This document shows positions 10,234 to 19,787 of a DNA stretch of 64,000 nucleotides, piece by piece. Below the pieces are notes generated by a model. It did no database searches. It was not told the origin of the DNA and worked only from the letters and a program-made list of their open reading frames with translations. Numbering within the stretch: position 1 is the stretch's first letter; each line of letters starts with the position of its first letter. Both the position numbers and the translations under genes were made by a program. The stretch covers positions 9,437 through 73,436 of the forward strand of contig CACMPD010000004.1 of assembly GCA_902615425.1 (NCBI GenBank), read 5' to 3'. Origin of the DNA: an uncultured Pelagibacteraceae bacterium (GTDB taxonomy: Bacteria; Pseudomonadota; Alphaproteobacteria; Pelagibacterales; Pelagibacteraceae).

Positions 10234-10810
10234 AATTATACTTGCCTCAAAAAGCAAAGTAAGAAAGCAAATTTTGGATAATAATGATATTTCCACAGAT
10301 GTACAAAATTCTAATTTAGATGAGGATATTGTCAAAGAAAGTTTAATTAAAGAAAAAGCATCCCCGGAACTAATATCAAAAAATTTAGCTGAGTTAAAAG
10401 CAAACAAGGTTAGTCAGAAGAACCAAGGATTTTTAGTTTTAGGTGCGGATAGTGTTATAGATTTAGAGGGTGAATTAATATCTAAACCGATAAACAGAGA
10501 TCAAGCTTTAGAAATTTTAAAAAAACTTAATGGAAAAAAACACAATCTCATCAGTTCCGTTTGCATTTCTAAAAATGGTAACATGGTGTGGAATTACACT
10601 GATAAAGCAACTTTAACTATGAAAAATATGACAAAAAAAGAATTAAAAGATTATTTGTCTAGAATATCTGATGAAGCGTTATATGCTTATAATGTTTACC
10701 AAATTGAGGGTGAGGGAAGAAAATTATTTTCAGATATAAAGGGAGACGAAAATACTATAATGGGTCTTCCAATTGACAAAATTAAGGATTATCTAAAAAA
10801 TTATGAATAA
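10226..10810 (+). CDS. maf: Maf family nucleotide pyrophosphatase
   Basis: IILASKSKVRKQIL, LAELKA, LGADSV, KP, YQIEG, IMGLP. Confidence 0.93.
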   Translation: MVKIILASKSKVRKQILDNNDISTDVQNSNLDEDIVKESLIKEKASPELISKNLAELKANKVSQKNQGFLVLGADSVIDLEGELISKPINRDQALEILKKLNGKKHNLISSVCISKNGNMVWNYTDKATLTMKNMTKKELKDYLSRISDEALYAYNVYQIEGEGRKLFSDIKGDENTIMGLPIDKIKDYLKNYE

Positions 10811-11597
10811 ATATTTAGTAATTGGCAACCCAATTGAACATTCTTTATCTCCCAAACTCCAAAACTGGTGGCTAAAAGAAAATAATATTGATGCCACGTA
10901 TGACAAAATTAAACTCGAGATTCATGAAATCAAAAACTTCATTCAAGGAATTAAAGAACAAAAAATAGCTGGTTGTAATGTAACTGTCCCTTTCAAAAAA
11001 ACAGTTATTCCTTTTTTAGATAAATTAAGCCCAGAGGCAGAACAGACACAATCAGTAAACACAATTAGTTATGATAATGGTGATTTAGTTGGTCATAATA
11101 CAGACATAGCTGGTTTTGATACGGCAATTAAAAAGTTAGATTTCAGTATAAAGGGCAAGAAAGTTTTAATTTTGGGGGCTGGCGGTGTAGTACCTTCAAT
11201 AATTTTTGCTTTAAAAAATATGCATGTTCAAGAGATAATAATAAGCAACAGAACTAAAGAGAAGGCAGAGAATTTGAGAGTTTTATTTAAAGATCTCAAA
11301 ATTTTAGAGTGGGGAAATTTAACCGACTTTCATATGGTGATAAATGCAACAAGTCTTGGTTTAAATAATGAAACAATAGATTTAGATTTCTCAAGTTCAG
11401 GACATGATAAATTATTTTATGATGTAATTTATAACCCTCAAGAAACTCGTTTTTTGAAAATGGGAAAACAATTAGGATACAGAACAGAAAATGGAAAAAC
11501 TATGTTTATTTATCAAGCTCTGGAAGCATTTAAACTATGGCATAGGATAGAACCAGAAGTTAATAAAGATACATTTAAGCTTTTAGATAATGATTAG
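10803..11597 (+). CDS. aroE: Shikimate dehydrogenase
   Basis: GNPIEHSLSP, NVTVPFK, SVNT, NTD, GAGG, NATSLG, DVIYNP. Confidence 0.96.
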   Translation: MNKYLVIGNPIEHSLSPKLQNWWLKENNIDATYDKIKLEIHEIKNFIQGIKEQKIAGCNVTVPFKKTVIPFLDKLSPEAEQTQSVNTISYDNGDLVGHNTDIAGFDTAIKKLDFSIKGKKVLILGAGGVVPSIIFALKNMHVQEIIISNRTKEKAENLRVLFKDLKILEWGNLTDFHMVINATSLGLNNETIDLDFSSSGHDKLFYDVIYNPQETRFLKMGKQLGYRTENGKTMFIYQALEAFKLWHRIEPEVNKDTFKLLDND

Positions 11598-12159
11598 AGT
11601 TGGAATTTTAGGAGATATAGGATCTGGAAAAAGTTTTGTAGCAAAATCATTTGGCTACCCAGTATTTAATGCGGATAACGAAGTTGGAAAATTATATAAA
11701 AAGAGTAGAAAAATTTTTATTAAGCTCAATAAGTCTTTACCTAAATATATCACCCAATTTCCAATAAAAAAACAAGAGGTAACAAGAGCGATATTGGCAA
11801 ATAAAAATAATTTAAGGAAAATTATTAAAAATATTCATCCTGAAATAAGAAAAAAGATGAATATTTTTTTAAAGAAAAATAAAAAAAGTAAATTAGTTGT
11901 TTTAGATATCCCCTTATTACTTGAAAATAAAATTAATAAAAGAAAAGATATTTTGATATTCATTCAATCTAATAGAGCTGAAATTTTAAAAAGATTGAAA
12001 AAAAGGCAAAATTTTAATTTAAAAATCTTAAATAGATTTAGAAAAATACAACTACCACTTGACTATAAAAGAAAAAAATCAAACTTTATCATTAAAAATA
12101 ATTTTACAAATAAACTTATTAAAAATCAGATAAGGTATATTCTAAATCAATTAAATTAA
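11590..12159 (+). CDS. coaE: Dephospho-CoA kinase
   Basis: GILGDIGSGKS P-loop, IHPEIR, DIPLLLE; aroE-coaE-dnaQ synteny. Confidence 0.93.
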   Translation: MIRVGILGDIGSGKSFVAKSFGYPVFNADNEVGKLYKKSRKIFIKLNKSLPKYITQFPIKKQEVTRAILANKNNLRKIIKNIHPEIRKKMNIFLKKNKKSKLVVLDIPLLLENKINKRKDILIFIQSNRAEILKRLKKRQNFNLKILNRFRKIQLPLDYKRKKSNFIIKNNFTNKLIKNQIRYILNQLN

Positions 12160-12822
12160 ATGAAAGAAGTAATTTTAGACACAGAAACAACGGGATTGTC
12201 TGTTAAAGAGGGTCACCGAATAGTCGAGATAGGATGTATTGAGCTCGAAAATCTCGTTCCAACAAACAACAACTTTCATTGCTACTTAAACCCAGAGAGA
12301 AAAGTTTCTGAAAAAGCTTTGGAAACTCATGGATATACAGATGAATTCCTGTCTGATAAAAAAAAATTTAAAGAAATAGCCGATGATTTTTTATTTTATA
12401 TTAAAGGAAAAAAACTAATTATTCATAATGCTGAATTTGATTTATCGCATTTAAATAACGAATTAAAAATAGCAGGTAAAGATCTAATTAATAATGAAAT
12501 TATAGATACTGTTGTTTTAGCAAGAGATAAATTTCCAGGATCTTCTAATAGTCTAGATGCCTTATGTAAAAGGTATAGAATAGACAATTCCAAAAGAGAA
12601 AAACATACAGCTCTAATCGATTGTGACTTATTATCAAAAGTTTATATTAATTTAATAGATCAAAAAGAACCTAAATTAAATTTTAGCAATGATATTAGTG
12701 AAAATAATCAAGCTTTAAAAACAAACATTTCTTATTTTAAAAAAGTCATTAAACCTACTGAAGAGGAAAAAAGAAATCATGAACAATATTTAAAAATTAA
12801 TTTGAAAAAAAATTTTTTTTAA
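12160..12822 (+). CDS. dnaQ: DNA polymerase III epsilon subunit
   Basis: LDTETTG, HRIVEIG, IHNAEFD, SLDALC, HTALID. Confidence 0.97.
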   Translation: MKEVILDTETTGLSVKEGHRIVEIGCIELENLVPTNNNFHCYLNPERKVSEKALETHGYTDEFLSDKKKFKEIADDFLFYIKGKKLIIHNAEFDLSHLNNELKIAGKDLINNEIIDTVVLARDKFPGSSNSLDALCKRYRIDNSKREKHTALIDCDLLSKVYINLIDQKEPKLNFSNDISENNQALKTNISYFKKVIKPTEEEKRNHEQYLKINLKKNFF

Positions 12823-13241
12823 TTAAATTGTTTGTTATAAAGTTCATCAAAATCAACTTTTTTTTCAAATTTTATATTTGGATACCCAGATGTATGTAAA
12901 AGATTGAGTAGAGCTTTTTCTAATTCTGGATAAATTTCTTTCTGTACGTCACATAGTATAATTTTTTGTAGAATTTTCTTGTCTTTTATTTCTTCATTGA
13001 GTTTTATTACAGACGTATAAGTCATTTCAAAATGAGATTTTTTTTTACTTTTTGAAGTATCGTGAAATTTTAATAAAGTATTTACTTCGATAATTTGTTC
13101 TTTCAAAGGCTTTGAGTTTATTTCAATATTTAATTGATATTTTGATATATAATCTTTTACGTATAAATATGTCTCAATGTCAGCTGTTTCACCTGAGATA
13201 TCTTTTATAAATTTACTTATAATTTTATAATTTCCGTTCAT
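12819..13241 (-). CDS. secB: Protein export chaperone SecB (divergent); likely start at second Met (13241)
   Basis: FIKDIS motif, C-terminal VDFDELY; dnaQ-secB-fxsA synteny. Confidence 0.8.
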   Translation of the reverse strand: MNGNYKIISKFIKDISGETADIETYLYVKDYISKYQLNIEINSKPLKEQIIEVNTLLKFHDTSKSKKKSHFEMTYTSVIKLNEEIKDKKILQKIILCDVQKEIYPELEKALLNLLHTSGYPNIKFEKKVDFDELYNKQFN

Positions 13242-13650
13242 CGTCTTCTTCAATGTCTTCAAACTCACCTTCTATATATGGTTTTTTAATTTTTGTCTCA
13301 TTTTTAAATTTATTAATAATTTTCCCAAAAATTAATTTTCTTGTTAGAGGAAAAATTAAAAGAAATCCAAACAAGTCAGTTGCAAAACCAGGAACTATCA
13401 ACAATAAAGCTGCAAATGCTATGGCTGCACCTGAGATTATCTCGTAAATTGGTGCCTCATTTTTTATTAATTGTGAAAAACCAGATCTTAGAGTATTTAA
13501 TCCTTCATATCTTGCATAAATTACTCCAATTATTGCTGTTATAAATATAAGTGATATTGTGTTAAAGGCACCTATTTGACCACCAATCTTTATGAATAGA
13601 TAGATTTCTATGATGGGTGTTAAGATAAGGGCAATTAATAGTGAGTTCAT
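13225..13650 (-). CDS. fxsA: FxsA family membrane protein
   Basis: PIIEIYLFIKIG, LLIVPGFATDLFG, C-terminal IEGEF. Confidence 0.92.
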   Translation of the reverse strand: MNSLLIALILTPIIEIYLFIKIGGQIGAFNTISLIFITAIIGVIYARYEGLNTLRSGFSQLIKNEAPIYEIISGAAIAFAALLLIVPGFATDLFGFLLIFPLTRKLIFGKIINKFKNETKIKKPYIEGEFEDIEEDDERKL

Positions 13651-13658
13651 TTGTCTTT

Positions 13659-13701
13659 AATTTAATTGCTAGTTGAAATTATTCAACAGAGTAATTAAAT
13701 T
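13659..13701. promoter_or_regulatory. Imperfect palindrome forming a candidate symmetric bidirectional promoter (fxsA / tim44)
   Basis: AATTTAATT-GCTA-GTTGAA-ATTA-TTCAAC-AGAGT-AATTAAATT; each strand reads TTGAAw-N16/17-TAAATT ending 6-8 nt before the ATG. Confidence 0.55.
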
Positions 13702-13707
13702 GTTATT

Positions 13708-14304
13708 ATGAATTATAGTTTTGAATATATAGACATTATACTATTAGCAATGATAGCCGGGTTTATTTTTTTAAGATTAAGAGGCATTCTTGGGAAAAGA
13801 ACTGGCTTTGAAGGAAAAAATCCTCAACAATTCCAAGAAATTTTAAAAGAAGTTCATCAAGAAAATAATTTAAATCAAAAAGAGGATTTTGATAAAAAAG
13901 CTCAAAGTGAATTTTTAAAAGGTGCAAAAATTGCTTATGAAACCATCATCACTGATTTTAGTGATAATGATAATAAGCTCATAGCTAGCAAACCTTTACT
14001 GAGTGAGGAGATTTATAAGGAATTTAATAGAGCCCTTAAGGATAGAAGTAATAGAGGCCATTATGCCGAAATTACATTTATTGGAATTAAATCAGCAGAT
14101 ATAAAAGAACATAAAAAAATAGACAAAGCTCTTCAAGTTACTGTAGATTTTGTAAGTGAAATTATCACATGCATTAGAGATAAAGAAAAAAAAATTGTTT
14201 CGGGTAGTCCCGATAAAATTAAAACTATCTATGATACTTGGACATTTTCAAGAGATATGAGATCAAATAATCCAAATTGGTTGTTGGTAAATACTCTTAA
14301 TTAA
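13708..14304 (+). CDS. Tim44/TimA family protein
   Basis: N-terminal TM IFLRLRGILGKRTG, FLKGAKIAYE, DTWTFSR..PNWLL. Confidence 0.92.
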   Translation: MNYSFEYIDIILLAMIAGFIFLRLRGILGKRTGFEGKNPQQFQEILKEVHQENNLNQKEDFDKKAQSEFLKGAKIAYETIITDFSDNDNKLIASKPLLSEEIYKEFNRALKDRSNRGHYAEITFIGIKSADIKEHKKIDKALQVTVDFVSEIITCIRDKEKKIVSGSPDKIKTIYDTWTFSRDMRSNNPNWLLVNTLN

Positions 14305-14715
14305 GTGAACAGTAAAATTTCAGAAAAAGATAAAAAGACTTGGGATGAGTTTTTATCAAGCGATCAAAAATTATATGATAAAGATAACTTACAAACAGAA
14401 ATAAATGTAAAAAAAACCAGATCATTAGACCTTCATGGGAAAACACTTGATGAAGCAAACCAGATCATAGAAACATTTATAAAGAAATCATATGAAGATA
14501 AGATTCAAAAACTTATAATTGTCACTGGCAAAGGTCTTCACTCTAATAATGAGAAAGATCCGTATATTTCAAAGAATTTTGGTATTTTAAAATATTCTAT
14601 CCCTGAATTTCTAAAGAACAATCAAGACTTAATGAAAATTATTTCAAATATAAGCCAGGCAAGTATAAAAGACGGTGGAAGTGGGGCTTTTTATATTTTT
14701 TTAAAAAAAAAATAA
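14305..14715 (+). CDS. Smr/MutS2 domain endonuclease
   Basis: LDLHG, IVTGKG, DGGSGAFYIFL; GTG start abuts tim44 stop. Confidence 0.92.
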   Translation: MNSKISEKDKKTWDEFLSSDQKLYDKDNLQTEINVKKTRSLDLHGKTLDEANQIIETFIKKSYEDKIQKLIIVTGKGLHSNNEKDPYISKNFGILKYSIPEFLKNNQDLMKIISNISQASIKDGGSGAFYIFLKKK

Positions 14716-14751
14716 TCTATATTTTTAATTGTTCAATATTATAATGTTTTA

Positions 14752-15588
14752 ATGATAGTTTGGTTAGCTTCATATCCGAAAAGTGGAAATACATTTGTAA
14801 GATCTTTATTATCATCATATATATTTTCTAAAGATGGTAATTTTAATTTTGACTTATTGACAAATATTAAGCAATTTCCAGACAATTCATTATTTAAACG
14901 ATTAGGTGTTGATATTAATAATGAGGAAGAGATGTTTGAGAATTATATTAATACGCAAAAAATATTTAATGAGAAAGATTCTATTAGATTTTTAAAAACA
15001 CACAGCTGTTTTTTTAACAATAAAAAATTTAAATTTACAGATCGACATAATACACTTGGAGTTATTTATATTGTTCGAGATCCAAGAAATATTGTGACAT
15101 CATTTGCTCACCATTTTCAGATAACCCCTGAACAAGCGTATGAAAATTTATTATCTCATCAGTACTTAGGCAAATCTTCAAGCAAACATTGTATAACTTA
15201 TCTGGGGCCATGGAAACAACATTTTGATTCTTGGAAAGTTTTCAGAAGATTTAATAAATATTTACTAGTGAAGTATGAGGATTTAATTGATGATACTGAA
15301 AAAACTTTTTTAAATATTTTAAAATTTATTGCTCACCTTGGAAGAGTAAAATTTAGTTATGATGAAAAAAAATTTGAGAATACTTTAAAAACAACAGGAT
15401 TTGAAACCATGCAAAAACTAGAGATAGCGGAGAGCTTTGTTGAAGCAAAAGAAAATAAACAAGGGGAAAAAATTAAATTTTTTAATATGGGAGCTCAAAA
15501 TGATTGGAAAAAACTTCTTGATCCAAAAATAAAAGAAAATCTGGAGAGAGAATTAGCTAATGAAATGAGAGAACTAAATTATCTTTAA
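14752..15588 (+). CDS. PAPS-dependent sulfotransferase
   Basis: 5'PSB WLASYPKSGNT, KTH, 3'PB YIVRDPRNIVTS, KYEDL, C-terminal FFNMGAQNDWK. Confidence 0.9.
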   Translation: MIVWLASYPKSGNTFVRSLLSSYIFSKDGNFNFDLLTNIKQFPDNSLFKRLGVDINNEEEMFENYINTQKIFNEKDSIRFLKTHSCFFNNKKFKFTDRHNTLGVIYIVRDPRNIVTSFAHHFQITPEQAYENLLSHQYLGKSSSKHCITYLGPWKQHFDSWKVFRRFNKYLLVKYEDLIDDTEKTFLNILKFIAHLGRVKFSYDEKKFENTLKTTGFETMQKLEIAESFVEAKENKQGEKIKFFNMGAQNDWKKLLDPKIKENLERELANEMRELNYL

Positions 15589-15594
15589 TAATTT

Positions 15595-16968
15595 TTATAG
15601 AATAAATTTTGATAAATCCGTATCTTTAATAAGTGTATCCAAATTTTTATCAATATATTCCTTGTTAATTATAATTTTTTCACCAGCTCTATCAGTTGCA
15701 GTAAAACTAATTTCATCTAAAATTTTCTCAATAATTGTGTGCAATCTCCTTGCACCAATATTTTCTACAGTTGCATTTACTTCTGAAGCTATATTTGCAA
15801 TTGAATCTATTCCTTCTTCTGAAAATTCTAAATCTACATTTTCAGTTTTTAATAAAGCCACATATTGCTTAATTAAACTATAGTCAGGTTCCTTTAAAAT
15901 TCTTTTAAAGTCCTCACTAGTTAAAGCTTCTAACTCAACTCTTATAGGTAACCTTCCTTGAAGTTCGGGCAATAAGTCTGAGGGTTTGGCAAGCTGAAAG
16001 GCTCCTGACGCAATAAATAAAATATGATCTGTTTTTATAGGACCATATTTTGTATTAACTGTTGTACCCTCAATTAAAGGTAACAAATCTCTTTGTACTC
16101 CTTCTCTGGATACATCTCCCCCAACTCTATCGGTTCTGCCAGAAATTTTATCAATTTCATCTAAAAAAACTATTCCATTATTTTCTGTTGAAATTTTTGC
16201 AGCTTTAATAATTTTATCCTGTTCAATCAATTTATCAGACTCATCATTAATTAAAATTTCGTGAGATTCTTTAACAGTCATTTTTTTCTTTTTTTCTTTT
16301 GTGCCCATTGACTTTCCAAGCATTTCTCCAATATTGATCATCCCAACATTTGCTCCAGGCATTCCTGGTATTTCAAAAGAAGTACCACTTCCGCCTGTAT
16401 CACTAACTGAGATCTCTATTTCGTTGTTATCCAAGTCTCCATCTCTGAGTCTTTTTCTAAAACTTTCTCTGGTTGCGGTGCTCGCTTTTTTTCCAACTAA
16501 AGCATCCAAAACTTTTTCTTCTGCCATCTTTTGTGCTTTTGCATAAACTTCTTTTCTTTTTTTTACTTTTTCCATTGAAATTGCGATTTCAATTAAATCT
16601 CTTACTATTTGCTCAACATCTCTTCCAACATATCCAACTTCAGTAAATCTTGTAGCTTCAACTTTTACGAATGGTGCTTCAGCAAGTTTTGATAATCTTC
16701 TAGATATTTCAGTTTTACCGACTCCAGTTGGTCCAATCATAAGGATGTTTTTCGGCAGTACTTCATTTCTCATTTCACCTTTAAGAGCTTGTCTTCTCCA
16801 TCTGTTTCTAAGAGCCACAGCAACAGCTTTTTTAGCTCTATTTTGACCTACAACAAACCTATCTAACTCTGAAACTATTTCTCTTGGTGACAATGAACTA
16901 ACTAAATTTTCGTTATCTTTAGAATTCTTATCTTTTGGAACAAGAGGTGTAACGTTTGATTTTTCCAT
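15595..16968 (-). CDS. hslU: ATP-dependent protease ATPase subunit HslU
   Basis: [49 protein letters not shown]. Confidence 0.98.
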   Translation of the reverse strand: MEKSNVTPLVPKDKNSKDNENLVSSLSPREIVSELDRFVVGQNRAKKAVAVALRNRWRRQALKGEMRNEVLPKNILMIGPTGVGKTEISRRLSKLAEAPFVKVEATRFTEVGYVGRDVEQIVRDLIEIAISMEKVKKRKEVYAKAQKMAEEKVLDALVGKKASTATRESFRKRLRDGDLDNNEIEISVSDTGGSGTSFEIPGMPGANVGMINIGEMLGKSMGTKEKKKKMTVKESHEILINDESDKLIEQDKIIKAAKISTENNGIVFLDEIDKISGRTDRVGGDVSREGVQRDLLPLIEGTTVNTKYGPIKTDHILFIASGAFQLAKPSDLLPELQGRLPIRVELEALTSEDFKRILKEPDYSLIKQYVALLKTENVDLEFSEEGIDSIANIASEVNATVENIGARRLHTIIEKILDEISFTATDRAGEKIIINKEYIDKNLDTLIKDTDLSKFIL

Positions 16969-17483
16969 TATATTTTTTCGACCTTAATATTATTATTAGT
17001 AAAAACACAAATTTCTGAAGCAACTTCAATAGCTTTTTTTGCCACCTCTTCAGCACTCATATCTGTGCCCATTAAAACTTTTCCAGCAGCTAATGCGTAA
17101 TTCCCACCAGATCCAATTCCAATGACATCACCTTCGGGCTCTAGCACATCTCCAGTTCCTGAGATAATATAACTATTATCTTTGTCACCAATAGCCATAA
17201 GCGCTTCAAGTCTTCTTAAATATTTATCTGTTCGCCAATCTTTAGCTAATTCAACAGCGGCTCTTGATAAGTTTCCTGCATGCTTTTCTATTTTTGCTTC
17301 TAATCTCTCAAACAAAGTTAAAGCATCTGCAGTGGAACCTGCAAATCCAGCAACAACATCTCTTTTTTCTATTTTTCTTACTTTTGACGCAGTGCTTTTT
17401 ACGACAGTATTTCCCATGCTAACTTGACCATCGCCAGCAACTACCACTTCATTATTTTTTCTAACTAAAACAATCGTTGTCAT
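16968..17483 (-). CDS. hslV: ATP-dependent protease peptidase subunit HslV
   Basis: N-terminal [35 protein letters not shown]. Confidence 0.98.
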   Translation of the reverse strand: MTTIVLVRKNNEVVVAGDGQVSMGNTVVKSTASKVRKIEKRDVVAGFAGSTADALTLFERLEAKIEKHAGNLSRAAVELAKDWRTDKYLRRLEALMAIGDKDNSYIISGTGDVLEPEGDVIGIGSGGNYALAAGKVLMGTDMSAEEVAKKAIEVASEICVFTNNNIKVEKI

Positions 17484-17488
17484 AGCTT

Positions 17489-17518
17489 ATAAATGGATAC
17501 TAAATTTGATAGTTCAAG
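17489..17518 (-). promoter_or_regulatory. Candidate RpoH (sigma32) promoter of hslVU
   Basis: Minus strand CTTGAA-N16-CCATTTAT, ending 5 nt before the hslV ATG. Confidence 0.65.
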
Positions 17519-17574
17519 CCCAGGTTTAGTATTATTGCCATATTTGTATAATATATGTATACCTCTTTTTAATT

Positions 17575-18165
17575 ATGAAGCGTAAAGGTAAAATTAGTCG
17601 AAAAACAAAAGAGACCAGTATAAGTGTTGATCTCAATATTGATGGTAAAGGTAAGTATAAAATTGATACCGGAATAGGATTTCTTAATCACATGCTTGAG
17701 CAATTATCCAAGCATTCGTCAATTGATATGAGTATAAAAGCTAAAGGAGATACTCATATTGATCTTCACCACACAACTGAGGATACTGGTATTGCAATTG
17801 GTGAGGCTTTGAAAAAAGCATTGAAAAAATCTGTTGGTATTAGAAGATATGCGCATGCAATGATTCCGATGGATGAAACTTTATCACGAGTTGCAATTGA
17901 TATTTCAAACAGACCCTACTTAATTTGGAAAGTAAAATTAAAAGTCGAAAAGCTTGGTGAGATGGATACGGAACTATTCAAAGAATGGTTTCAAGCTTTT
18001 TCTCAAGCAGCAGGAATTACTTTGCACGTAGAAAATATTTATGGTGATAATAGTCACCACATCATTGAATCTTGTTTTAAAGGATTAGCAAGATCATTAA
18101 GAGCTGCATTAGAGATAGATCCTAGGAATAGTAAAACAATTCCATCTACTAAAGGCTCATTATAA
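17575..18165 (+). CDS. hisB: Imidazoleglycerol-phosphate dehydratase
   Basis: [30 protein letters not shown]. Confidence 0.97.
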   Translation: MKRKGKISRKTKETSISVDLNIDGKGKYKIDTGIGFLNHMLEQLSKHSSIDMSIKAKGDTHIDLHHTTEDTGIAIGEALKKALKKSVGIRRYAHAMIPMDETLSRVAIDISNRPYLIWKVKLKVEKLGEMDTELFKEWFQAFSQAAGITLHVENIYGDNSHHIIESCFKGLARSLRAALEIDPRNSKTIPSTKGSL

Positions 18166-18170
18166 AATTA

Positions 18171-18797
18171 ATGAAAGTTACTATTGTTGATTACAACTCG
18201 GGTAATATAAGCTCGGTGATTAACTCATTTAAAGAAGTTGCTAAAGATAGAGTAAAAATTGAGGTTACTGCTGATTTAAATAAAATTAAATCAAGCGATA
18301 AAGTAGTTTTACCAGGGCAGGGCTCATTTAAAAGTTGTGTAGATGCTTTAAATAAAATTAATGGTCTTACAGAGGCTTTACATGAATTTGCAATAAATAA
18401 TAAAAAACCACTTCTTGGAATTTGTGTTGGTTTACAAATGTTTGCAGATATTGGTTATGAGGAAACGGAAACTAATGGCTTAGGTTGGATATCTGGCAAA
18501 GTCTCAAAAATAGATAATCAAAATGGAAAATATAAACTTCCTCATATTGGTTGGAACCAGATAAATATTGTAAAACAAAGTAAGATTTTTGAGAATATAG
18601 AAAATAATTCACACATGTATTTTGTGCATAGTTACGAATTTTTACCAAATGATAAAAATGTAATTTCAGCAACAACAGATTATTCAACAAATATTGTTTG
18701 TTCTGTTGAAAAAGAAAATATCTTTGGAACACAATTTCATCCAGAAAAGAGCGATAAAATAGGATTACAAGTAATAAAAAATTTTATAGATTTATAA
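18171..18797 (+). CDS. hisH: Imidazole glycerol phosphate synthase glutaminase subunit
   Basis: LPGQGSF, LGICVGLQ, PHIGWN, YFVHSY, QFHPEKS. Confidence 0.97.
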   Translation: MKVTIVDYNSGNISSVINSFKEVAKDRVKIEVTADLNKIKSSDKVVLPGQGSFKSCVDALNKINGLTEALHEFAINNKKPLLGICVGLQMFADIGYEETETNGLGWISGKVSKIDNQNGKYKLPHIGWNQINIVKQSKIFENIENNSHMYFVHSYEFLPNDKNVISATTDYSTNIVCSVEKENIFGTQFHPEKSDKIGLQVIKNFIDL

Positions 18798-18798
18798 A

Positions 18799-19644
18799 AT
18801 GAAATTTCCAACTCACTTGGATTTAATTATTCCAACCATAAAAGCTTTAAAAGATATGGGGGGTACAGCTACACCAAGTGAAATTACCAACAAAGTTATT
18901 GAATTAGAAAAATATCCTGAGGAAATTCAAAATGAAAAACAACAGGGAGATGGATATAGAACAAAATTAGAGTATCGTTTAGCCTGGGCAAGAACATACA
19001 TGAAGAAATTTCTGAGTGCTGTTGAGGACAAAAGTAGAGGGCTATGGTCATTAACCCCGATAGGGTTAAAATTGGATATAAGTAATGCACAATCAATTAT
19101 TGATTTAGCTCAAGAAAATAAGAAAAAAGATAAAAAAAATTGGCAAGAAAATAAAGGTGAAAAGAGTGAAGATGAAGAAGAAGCTTCAGAAGATTGGAAA
19201 ACAGAGGTTTTAAACATAATCAATAATTCTTCACCAAAGTCTTTTGAAAATTTATGTCAAAGATTATTAAGAGAAAGTGGTTGCATTAATGTAGAAGTAG
19301 TTGGTGGAGCTAACGATAAAGGGATTGATGGTACAGCAGTTTTAAGGTTGGGTTTAATATCTTTTCCAGTAAAATTTCAGTGTAAGAGATATGGCTCTTC
19401 ACAAGTAACACCAAAACTTATAAGAGAATTTAGAGGTACACTTGGTCAAGTGGATAAAGGAATATTTATGACAACTGGCAGATTTACAAAGTTAGCAAAA
19501 GAAGAAGGTCAAGATTTATCTAAAGGAAAAACAATGGATATGATTGATGGTGATACACTTTGCGATTTACTAAGAGAGTATAAAATAGGTATCGAAGAAA
19601 AAAATGATGTTAATGTAGATAAAGATTTTTTTGAAAATATTTAA
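18799..19644 (+). CDS. mrr: Mrr family (type IV) restriction endonuclease
   Basis: Mrr_N RLAWARTYMKK..RGLWSLT; Mrr_cat SPKSFENLCQRLL, DKGIDG, QCKRY, IREFRG, GIFMTTGRFT, IDGDTL. Confidence 0.9.
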   Translation: MKFPTHLDLIIPTIKALKDMGGTATPSEITNKVIELEKYPEEIQNEKQQGDGYRTKLEYRLAWARTYMKKFLSAVEDKSRGLWSLTPIGLKLDISNAQSIIDLAQENKKKDKKNWQENKGEKSEDEEEASEDWKTEVLNIINNSSPKSFENLCQRLLRESGCINVEVVGGANDKGIDGTAVLRLGLISFPVKFQCKRYGSSQVTPKLIREFRGTLGQVDKGIFMTTGRFTKLAKEEGQDLSKGKTMDMIDGDTLCDLLREYKIGIEEKNDVNVDKDFFENI

Positions 19645-19787
19645 TGAATAAATTTTTAAGAATAATTCTTAGTTATATCTTTCTTACTTCATGTCAAAAT
19701 ATTCAAAATATTGAAAAAATAGAGAAAAAAAAAACGACAAAAGAATTTACAATTTCAATTGAACCTAACTTAAAAACCAATAAATGA
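19644..19787 (+). CDS. Small putative lipoprotein, 47 aa (absent from ORF track)
   Basis: [47 protein letters not shown]; lipobox LTSC at Cys17; TAATG overlap with mrr and ATGA overlap with hisA. Confidence 0.7.
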   Translation: MNKFLRIILSYIFLTSCQNIQNIEKIEKKKTTKEFTISIEPNLKTNK

